Positions 49,370 through 58,809 of a stretch of 64,000 nt of DNA are shown here, in pieces (positions within the stretch are counted from its first letter, which is position 1; each line of letters opens with the position of its first letter). The notes beneath the pieces were generated by a model, which searched no databases, was not told the DNA's origin, and saw only the letters and a program-made list of their open reading frames with translations. The stretch is from Amoebophrya sp. A120 (lineage: Eukaryota > Protista > Dinoflagellata). The stretch spans positions 5,870,476 to 5,934,475 of the forward strand of contig CAJINV010000002.1 of NCBI GenBank assembly GCA_905178155.1, written 5' to 3'. The translations under genes and the position numbers were made by a program.

Positions 49370-52044
49370 TCAGGACCGGTCCTTGACGTGCGGATGCGTC
49401 CAGTACCCTTTAATATCATTTCCATGTGCAACAGCAGCACGAGCAGCTACTCCGCCTCCACCTGCGGGTCCGGCATGCTCCCTTACCGTGTGGGGAAATG
49501 CGTAGTACTGGTCCGGATGGCCTTGATGTTCAACCTGAGAAGTGGTGGATGAGTAAACCGTCGTCGTCGCGGCCGGAAGAGCTGCAGTGCCGCCAGCTTC
49601 ACTCGTCGTGCCGACAATCAGAGGCTCGCATTGCTCGAAAGTGGTCTGGTCTTGCACCACGGTGACGACTTGTTGATTCTGCTGATGACCATACCCGTAG
49701 TCGTAGTACTGGTGCACGTTCACGTCCTGCGGCTGATACCGCGCTCCGTGAAAATCATGCTGCTGTTGCGCCATAACAGGCTGGTGGACGAGAATGTTGG
49801 TTCCGTCCTGGCTGTATCCTGCGCAAAAGCACTATCGCACTCGTATTGTCAAAATTGCAAGCTTGTTGGTGTTCCATCGTGAAACTTGCCTTCTTTATTC
49901 CTGAAACGGAATGTTGACACATTCAATAATCCAGTTAGTCATCGATTTGGAATCTTCGGAACTACAACAACAAATTGTTCATACGTAGTTTACGATAGTT
50001 TGCAATGCGTAGGTCTCCGGCTTCAGGCAACTCCTTCCTGCCGCAGCACTTGGCCAAGAGCATAATCGGCACGGCCCAGACCAACCCCTGGGACAGAAAG
50101 TGCAGGAAGCCCCTACCTATCAAATGCAAAAATGTCTGGGTCTGGAAGAGTCATGCTGTTTTTGCCTGACGCAGAAGGTCTGGCATGCAAGCTCTAGCGC
50201 CACAGGCTTCCAGAAGCTTCCACTATGCTGACTCCGCATCACAAATCCGCCATTTTGGTGACAGAAAGTGGGCAGCTTTTGCTGCCTAAGCATGGGAATG
50301 GGATATTTTTCTGTGTTCTGAAATGCGCATCACAAGTTTGTTTGTATTCTTCCAGACCCAGACACTTTTGCAATTAATACTACCCCCCAAATGCCCGGGC
50401 TGGGCGAAGAATTCCAGGATGTACCGGGTTTCTTCGGTATATCAAAAGGAAAAATCCCCCCTCCCCATATCAAAGTGGAAATCTGTGACGCAGGATTTGC
50501 GTACACAAATCGGATTTGTCTTGCGGTGGAGGACTGCAGACAGACACAAAGCCCGGAAAGGCGTGGCTTGGGGTAGGTACTTAGCATGGCAGACGTCTGC
50601 CCTAGTAGCGTAGCAGCATTACAAATCGCCTGCGAAATCATGCAGCGGAAGCCCTGGCGTTGCTCTCTTGCAAGACAGACTCGATTTGTGGCCACAAATC
50701 AGCATCAAAAATTTTGAAAAGCACGCCTTTTCGATATGGGGAGGGAGAATTTTTCCTCACAATACGGTAGGCGTCAAATTTGCGGGAATGTGCATCCCAA
50801 ACAGAGCGGGCCCATTCGCGATAAACCAAGGGAGGACCACGTCCATAATGGTATCAAAGGAGTATTTGTCCGAGGCACAGGGCGCCCAAGCTTCGAGAAC
50901 TTTCGCAATCCACACGTACGCGAGAAAAATCTGATAGATTTTTTTACGTTTGGATGGTGAACACTTCATCTCACGAGTTTTATTCGCTCATATGTCAAAG
51001 GAAAACGACGCAAATGGCGTGACGTCGAGAGTAAGCAACATTCTACGCATGGCGTTACTGGTCTTCACTAGGTCTAGGTCGAGAGAAGATCGAGCGGAGC
51101 CATATTGCATCTAATTTATTACGTAAGAACAATGACATTATTCTTACCGTCACTCCCAGCGCGACGTAGAGCACCAGTAGAGCAAACACCGGCCACCAGG
51201 CTTTCTCCATTTTCCGACTGGGTTGTGAAAGTGCACAAATCCCCCTTTCGTGGTCCTAATTACGACTCCAGCAGCAGGAGACGCTGTTGCCTCTCAGGCC
51301 ATGCTGTAGTCCCATCTGCCACGCAAGAGCTACAAATTATGACTATGTCTTCTGTGGTTTCTGATGCTACTCAAGATCTCCTGCCCGAGTCAACGTCGAA
51401 ACGGGGCTAACAACAATTGACGAGTGGGACGACCACTAGTGGGAGTTCTTGTGCACTCTGATATACCCGCACCGACATTCGCGAAAACTGACATGATGAC
51501 GGAAACGGCGAAGCCCGCGCAGAGGAATTTTTGCAGCATAACGACGAGGGCGTGGCGGCTCTTCGACAAGACGTTGTTCCAGATTTGCGGCGTGATTTCC
51601 GAAACGTCGCAGTCGGCGTCGAAGTCCCGTATCACGTTGATCCAGGGGAATCTTCGGCCAGGAAAGTTGATGTGATCATGTGAGTTCTTTGTGAATCATG
51701 CGTGGCGGTGAATTAATATAATACCTTCTGCATGACAAACAAGTCGCTGAGCGCTTCGTCGACGTGCACGACAGCACTGAGACTAGCTCTACAAGAAGCT
51801 TCCATTCATCTTATCTCTTGCCCACATCGACGAAATTTTCTGCAACGCATACGTAAAACGACTGCGCGATCCTATTGCCGTCCAGCAACACCGTGCTGAG
51901 CAACGGTATGGAGAGGAAATGAAAACTGGTTTCGGTCGTTTTGGAAATGGGTTCTTGGGCACGAAAGCAAAACATCATGCTGCACATAACGTTTTGCCTG
52001 TCACTAGTACTAGTAGTAGTACTACTACGACGCCCGCAAGGCAC
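49370..52044 (-). CDS. Multi-pass membrane protein of unknown family, paralog B, ~7 exons; start codon uncertain
   Basis: ...FHFLSIPLL...RDFDADCDVSEITPQIWNNVLSKSRHALVVMLQKFLCAGFAVSVIMSVFANVGAGSRKMEKAWWPVFALLVLYVALGVT-IFLAYVWIAKVLEAWAPCASDKY...LTPTEETRYILEFF...GFLHFLSQGLVWAVPIMLLAKCCGRK...DQDGTNILVHQPVMAQQQ...; aligns by eye with paralog A. Confidence 0.75.
49815..50011. mobile_element. Decayed introner, 8772-like family
   Basis: tatcctgcgcaaaagcactatcg / tacgatagtttgcaatgcgta; +5 joins EAGD to QDGTNIL. Confidence 0.75.
50118..50379. mobile_element. Introner, TIR family 1
   Basis: TIR; perfect TSD CTACC; a GT-AG reading is possible. Confidence 0.92.
50440..50764. mobile_element. Introner, inverted homolog of 42043-42364
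   Basis: TIR; perfect TSD CGGTA; joins LTPT to EETRY. Confidence 0.92.
50931..51147 (-). other. Canonical GT-AG intron, position shared with paralog A
   Basis: acg|gtaaga...ctatcag|att, phase 0. Confidence 0.75.
51224..51463. mobile_element. Decayed introner
   Basis: tgtgaaagtgcacaa / ttgtgcactctgata IR; +5 gives VGAGSRKM, the same length as VGSASAKM in paralog A. Confidence 0.65.
51676..51852 (-). other. Intron with one introner-like end (GT-AG 51687-51852 or decayed element)
   Basis: tac|gtatgcgttgca end as at 25940 and 45424; internal gcatgacaa; both readings restore frame. Confidence 0.5.
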
Positions 52045-54516
52045 ATTAATAAAGCTGCTTTATCATGGTCTGCTGTAGTGTTTCGGCTTCGTGCAAGTAC
52101 CGGGTCCAACATGACAAACAAGTTTCCATTTGATTTCCATACGCCCCCACAGCAACAGGGCGGACAAGGCGTGGGAGAAGCCGAAGCACCCGATTAACAG
52201 GTGCCGGAAATCCGCCTTCGGGTTGCAGCAGCAGATACACATTTTCTCGGAGTTGGATTTTGTTTCGGAGGTTTGGAGTTGAAAAAAATTGTGTACTTAC
52301 TCAGAGTGTTATTCGTGTTTTTGTTGATGCTAGCTTTGAGTATCAAAGGAGAAAAGCCGTCACTTCGGCTTCGGTCACGAAATAAATTTATACTGAAAAG
52401 CAATGACACGCAGGGTTTAGAAGAGGAGGCCGATGAAACAACAAGTGGACGTCTTGCGACGTGCAGCTCAACGTTTCTCGAAGGTGATGTGGCAGTTCAA
52501 AACTAAGACTAACGATGAAGTAGTGGGACGCCAATCAATACCAGTTCGAGAAGAGTAGGCACTTCTTCATCCAACTATATGTCGCGACAACAAACACCGC
52601 TAGAAGCCGGCCAGAAAAAATAGAAAAGAGAAGACACTAGACATAGTGTTTCACATTGGTCTTGATGGTCGCACGCACGCACGGAGGATCGATCTCTGGT
52701 GTCTTTGTGCTAATTATATCGCGGATCGGCACAATCACAAGAAACAATACACCCATCAGATGCTTTATGCGTACAGCAACGGCAACTGGATCACAATCAT
52801 GATCACTTTGAACTGGCGAAACACGCGGCGACTATCTTCCATCTATGAGGGGATCCTCTTTCAATACACATTTTCGCGAGTCAGAGTCTGCGACATAGAT
52901 TGACTCCACACACGACACAGCCACACGGAAATAAGTGATAGCGCGGTCTTTCGCTTCTTTGTGACCATGGGGCAGCTGCTACCCTGCCCTCCTGCGAACA
53001 GGCACGCACGGGCCGTGGCGCCGGCCCGGGCCGGCAACTATCTAGCGCCAGCGGGATGGCACATAGGGGGGCAGGCAGACTGGCAGGGCCAAAGTGCTGG
53101 CGTGGCGGCGCTGCGACGATGGACGAACGGACGCCACGGACTTGGGCAGGCACCCACAAAACCAACGGGGCGGACGGGGCGGAGAGAAAGCCCCCACACC
53201 CAGGGCCTTCTTTTCCCCGTCCCGCGCGAAGCAAAGGCGGGTCTTGTCGTCCCTAAAGAAATGACGTCTATATTTTCCACCAAGTGGATCCCGACAGACT
53301 ATAAAAAGGATCGGCGACGACGCAGGCACGCGCGTCCTCTACCTTCGGCAACGTGTCGCCTTTCTGGCACGTCGACACTTCGCCGGCCGATTGTTTCGCC
53401 ACAATGCGGAAAAAAAAAACCGACCCGACCACAAGCACGGCCAGACTCTTTGGGCGTGATTCTTTGTCTTCCTCGCTCCACTTCCGGCAGCTGGCCGGCT
53501 GCCCCACATACAAGCAGGCACCCAACGGGGCCCCGCCCAAGCGCAGCGGGCGCGGCCGGCCTCCGGGAGGAGGCAGGCGCGCCGCGGGCGTGGCGGAGAG
53601 GAGCCGCGCCCGGGCCTCCGCCCAAGGTGCGACGCCGCCCGCCGCCCGCCCAAAGCGGCCCGGCGCGGGGGCGCCACTACAAGGCGGACCGCTGGCCCGC
53701 CCCGGGCGCCGGGCTCACTATCTGCCGGGCGGGGGGCCGGCGCTTTAGATGGGGGCGCCGCGCTCGCGCTGGGTTCACAAGTAGCCGGGTCCACACGGGG
53801 CTCGCGAGGTCGGTCGAGTGTGTGACAAACATTTGGCGGCGCAGGCGACTGCCTGCGCAGCGGTGCGACCAGGGGGCGCAAGCGACACCGGCCCGAGCGG
53901 GCTGCCGCCCAAGCGAGGCAGGCAGGCGGGCCCCCCCAGCAAGTCCAAAGGGCCTCAGCGCGCGCGCGGCCGGGCGCGCGCCCGCCGCTCTTGCCATTGG
54001 CGGCAAAGGTAGGCGCCCCGTTGCGCCCGGCTACGTTGCTCCAGTGATTACGGCCGGCGCCCCGCGTAATGAGCCGGCGGCTCGCACCACGCCCCGCCCC
54101 GAGCGGGGAATTGCAACACTGCCCGCGCCCTTGGAGAGCTGCCCAGCCGGCGCTTACAGGGGCGAGGCGCCACCGCCTTCGAGAGTTGGCACACTTACTC
54201 GCTTCGCCCTGGGTCTTTTTCGTTTATTATCACGTCGACACACCATTAGGATTCACATTCAGAACCTCATACACTCAACAAGAGCGAATAAGCTCGTTGT
54301 AGCAGGTCGGTCCGTATAACGTCTAAAAGAATTGAACAAATACTCCACCGAAGGGGCTGCGGTCTGGCGTCTTCTCTTCTGTTCATGTTCAGCATAATTT
54401 TTATATCCACTAGATCACTAGCACTACCATACTGGGCTTCAAAAAGTTTCCCCGTCGAGCTTCAAAAAGTTTTCCCGTCACACGTCCAAACTCATTTCAA
54501 CCCCCACAGCACTCTC

Positions 54517-55440
54517 CTATTCCATCGCCGGCGCCAGCGCCAGGGTGGAAAAGTTGTGTTCGCCCGGCATCTTCGCCATGTACTCGCTTTGAATGATCTG
54601 TCCGACCCTCTCCCCAAAAGACAACCCTTCGACCATGGCAAATTTCCGCGGTTTCGGCCTTGCCCCGTCCAGCTCCCAGATCGCGTTGTTCTTCTCCACA
54701 AAAGCAACGAAGTGAAAATCCACCTTGCCCTCCGTCATTTCCGTTTGGTTACTCCTCCCGGACGCCGCTTTCTGTTGCTGTTTCCGCATCGGCTCGAAGG
54801 TCTCCATAATTTTCCCTCGTTCTCCCGGGGTGTGGTCTTTCGTTGCGGTGACGAACTGCCCAAGGATGGAATCGTCGGTGAACGGTAACGAGCTGCGGTT
54901 GTTGATCAGAGAGTGTATGGCGGCGATCGTTCCACACGCGTTTCCCAACGCCTTCGATTGCCAGAGGAAAAACGGCTCGCCCTCGGGCTGCGGTAAATCC
55001 TCCGTCTTCTTCTCCCTTTCCCCCAACAGTTCCGATTTCGGCGGGAAAAGAAAGATCATCGCGTAGACCGGTTGGGGCAGCATCATCAGAAGCTCGGGGT
55101 CAAAGCCGAACACGTCGTGAATCGCGATGTTCTGCGGAGCGCCCAGTTTGTGAATGAAGTCGGTGAACGTTTCGGGGTTGGACTCCAAGGCGGGCCACCG
55201 GGCGCGGGCGGATTTCTCCTTTTCTTGGACAGCGGCGTCTGGTTCCGCTATTGTACTATCATTCCCGGACGTCGCCTGTTGGTCTCCCGCCGGGGAAGCA
55301 GCTGCTACCGCGGCTTGCTGTTGCTCTTCTGTCATGATTTTTTCTTCTGCTGCGGTTTTGACACAGCTTTCTTGGTCCTCAATAGATGCCACTTTGGGCT
55401 TTTTCGTACAAGGTTCACCTTCAGGGACGGTGTCCGGCAT
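54517..55440 (-). CDS. Ubiquitin carboxyl-terminal hydrolase, peptidase C12 (UCH-L3-like), intronless
   Basis: RWPALESNPETF, DVFGFD, Q...NACGTIAAIHSL (catalytic Cys), DFHFVAFV (His), WELDG (Asp). Confidence 0.95.
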   Translation of the reverse strand: MPDTVPEGEPCTKKPKVASIEDQESCVKTAAEEKIMTEEQQQAAVAAASPAGDQQATSGNDSTIAEPDAAVQEKEKSARARWPALESNPETFTDFIHKLGAPQNIAIHDVFGFDPELLMMLPQPVYAMIFLFPPKSELLGEREKKTEDLPQPEGEPFFLWQSKALGNACGTIAAIHSLINNRSSLPFTDDSILGQFVTATKDHTPGERGKIMETFEPMRKQQQKAASGRSNQTEMTEGKVDFHFVAFVEKNNAIWELDGARPKPRKFAMVEGLSFGERVGQIIQSEYMAKMPGEHNFSTLALAPAME

Positions 55441-56314
55441 AGCTAAAGCCTAGTACGTTTGCAGGAAAAAAAACAAAAAGGAAAAGTCGAAGTGATCAGG
55501 TAAGCATAGCACTGTGACACAAGGGGGAGGAAACACAACTCAACCTACCATAAAATTCGAACGAAAATAACATGGAATCTGTCCACCAACATCAGTTTTT
55601 CAGGGGTTTTTGCTCCGCGGAAAGATTTCGTATTTTCTGGTGTATGATCTTCTGGAAGGGTGCGAATAGCGCAAAAGCTCATTATCAAACCGCCGAAACC
55701 ACCAGCCGTAAAAGAGATCTTGGACACAACCCGTCCCGCAGGGAGCAAATTGAACAGTCGTACACCGCTTGTATCAGATAGAAAGACGACGTTGCACTCG
55801 CGTTCTTATCAATAGGGCTGGAATAAAAATGTCGCTTCATCTGTTCATTTGGTCATCGTGGCGGAATGAAGTTTGATGTTGAGAGGGACGAGGGTATAAA
55901 AACAAGCTGTCAACAATTTCTGACTGTCGCACGGGGCGGTGCGCAAAGAGGTCTAGCCTGAAAAGGAGGTTGTCGACAAAGTCGAAGCCCGGCTCGGGTA
56001 GGTAGTCGTAGTTCTATTGCAGCAGGTCTACCAGGCAGTCGGGGTTTTGTTGTTCATTCCCATTCGGTTTCACTCTCGGACGTTCATCTTTCGTAGAAAC
56101 CACCTACCAAAAGGGAAACAGTCGTTAGATTTGTTCAGCACAATTCGTCCTGCACCAAGTAGTCTTGGCACCACGACCCGCGTCCGCCGGTACTATTGTG
56201 GCCCTTACGACCACCACTCCCAAACACCATCTTCCAACCAGCTCCATCATCCGGCACTGCAGCAGCGTCCAGCAGCTACGCCAAAACGTTCGTCGCGACC
56301 AGCTCCTACCCTCT

Positions 56315-58260
56315 CTATTGCAAGTCCAGCACCGCCATCTTGTTCGCCAACTCATCCGCCGAAGACAGAAGTGAGTAAGGACACTCGTACTGCTTCATTA
56401 TGGTCGAAAATTTACTCTCTTCCGCCGGGAAGTCGTTCGCCAACGAGTGAGTGTACTTTGCAAGGACCACGGCGGCTTCGAACACCTCACAACTAATTAT
56501 GGCGTTCTCAAATGTTATATTCCCAACTGTATACATGATTTGTCATGCACAATGAGCATCAAGGTCCACACCTGGAAGCTACCTCGCATGACAAATTTAA
56601 GAACAGGAAGGGTCAAACAGCATGGGAATCTGTGCCGAATTTGTAATGCAAGAGTTGCGAGATTCGGCATTTCCCTGTTGCCATTCTTGCATCACAAATT
56701 CATGCAACAGTTGAGAATGTAACAATTGAGAGTCCCATACTAATTTCCACCACCTCGGTGAACTCGAAGTAGTGCGTTGTTGCCGAGTTTTTCGCGGTTT
56801 GGATCTTGTAGCACACGTTATCAAATGCAAATATGTCTGGGTCTGGATCTGGAAGAGTCATGCTGTTTTTGCATGACACAGAAGGTCTTGCATGGAAGCC
56901 CTAGCATCACAGGTTTCGAGAAGGCTCCGCAATGCCTAATCCGCATCACAAATCCCCCATTTCGGTGGCAGAAAGTGGGCAACTTTTGCTGTCTATGCAT
57001 GAGAGATTTGTGTGAGTTCTGAAATGCGCATCGCAAGTTTGCACTCTTCCAGACCCAGACATATCTGCATTTGATACACGTCCGCCAAATCCGACTCGTG
57101 GGCCTGGTTCAGGGCTTTCCGTAAACTCGCGTCGGAAGGACGCATGCGGGCGAAGGTCGACGGCGACTTGAAAGCAAGAGGGATTACCTGAATTTTATCA
57201 ACAGGCCGTTTTGATAGCATCTTTTGGTCAACAAGCGGTCAAGCTGCATCGAGGTCATGATTTCCAACAGGACTTCTACACTCAGCATGATGACATCCAC
57301 ATTACCTTCTAAAGGCAGAAACACACCATTTTTTACCACGTCTTCCCAGCTTTCCCCGGAATCCTCCTCGTCCAAATCGTCTGGATTAGGTTTGATTTTC
57401 AGCAACAACTTCTTTTCTCTCGTATTTGACTTCTCCTCGTCTAACACCAGCCACACATCCGCCTTGCCCAAATGCTCGCTGTTTGAACCTTTCCCACTTG
57501 GAGGCCCTTTCTGCTCCCAGAGCTCGCCGCAACAGAGCAGACAACTCGTACACCTGCCGAATAAGAACTCCTGTAATAACCGCTTTGCCTTGTTGTAAAT
57601 GGTCGTCGTCACGCTATTGGAGTACGCAAACGGCGCACCCTGCTGGACGCGTTTACAGAGTTGCGGCTGCACGGAGAGGGTTTGCAAACCGAGGTTGAGT
57701 AGAGAGATCACCGCATTGAGCTTGGGCAGCATCTCGGCGATCCGCTCTCGCCTGTCCTTCCCGTCTTTCTTCGTCTTTAGCCACTTCGTCCACGATTCTT
57801 TCGAATCGGGCCGCTCGTCGTCCTCATCCGAGCCAATGTCGAGAATCTCCTCCACCTTGCGGATCTGGAAACGGATCAGCTTGGTACCTGATAGATACGA
57901 TAGGTTTACGTTCATACTCGGTTCGAAATTTCGCACAGAAGAACAAGCTGCGGATAGTACTTGAAATTTTTCACCCTCACAACATCAAAAACAACAAGAA
58001 AAACATTTATCTTGATCATCACGCAGCGCTGTAAAATATCAGAGAAAAATACTCGGCAGCAAGAGCGGCAACGCCTCCTCTCTTATCAGTAGTTTCTCCG
58101 CAACCTGGACTGGGATTGTCAAGGCTTCCAAGGTCTTCCAGAGCACATATCCCTCCTCCTCCACGCCGTTGAAGGATTGCAGGAAGTCGATCGCCCGTTT
58201 GGTCCCGGTGGCCACCTTAAAAATCGCCCCGGCCGCAGCGGAGACACCGAACATCGCCAT
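56315..58260 (-). CDS. Hypothetical protein with N-terminal helical domain, 5 exons
   Basis: ORF pieces join through GT-AG introns 57888-58052 and 57188-57336 and introners 56819-57076 and 56498-56739: ...ESDLADV-CYKIQTAK...FTEVVEIS-CEVFEAAV... Confidence 0.75.
56498..56739. mobile_element. Introner, 'TATGGGACTCTCAA' family
   Basis: TIR tatggcgttctcaaatgttatattc / gaatgtaacaattgagagtcccata; perfect TSD CTAAT. Confidence 0.9.
56819..57076. mobile_element. Introner, TIR family 1
   Basis: TIR; perfect TSD CACGT. Confidence 0.92.
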
Positions 58261-58809
58261 GTTATTGTCTTTGTCAAGATATACTTAAGTACAGGAGTCG
58301 TCTTTTTTTCAACAGTGCGCTTTTGATGTTGTTATCAGATTTTTACGTAGAAGATGAAGTACAATGATATCACCCAGATGAGGCCGCTCTCACCTTAGTT
58401 AGGAGAGGACGAAGAAGATACTAGTACTAGTTGCACAGAGAGAAGGAGTTCTTCACCCCGCGGCGGCCTCGTGGGAAAGAAGATCTTGCCCCTCCTTCCT
58501 AGTACGACAAGGCAGAAGTAAATTCTACTCTTCGCTCAGCACCAAAATAGAATCTAGGCGTCGTCTCACCCTGTTTCTGCTTTCGATTCAGATATGATAT
58601 CAAAACTGCGCTCTAACCTACAGGAGAAGATGACTGCGTGCACAGCGGTTTCCCAGCACGAGCTTGGCAAGTCTGAAGCAGCAGCCCTGACGTTGTCTTA
58701 TCCTCCACAGCATCTAGTACTGTAGAGCCAGGTGTGAAAGAGAAAGTGGCTACTGTAAGCAGGGACTGTCCTGTGTCTGTAGTACCGCGATTGAAATTTC
58801 ACATGTTTG

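Noticed and set aside
52961-54319. 452-aa plus-strand ORF
   Set aside because: Arg/Pro/Ala/Gly composition expected from extreme GC content, overlapping ORFs in all frames, no domain.
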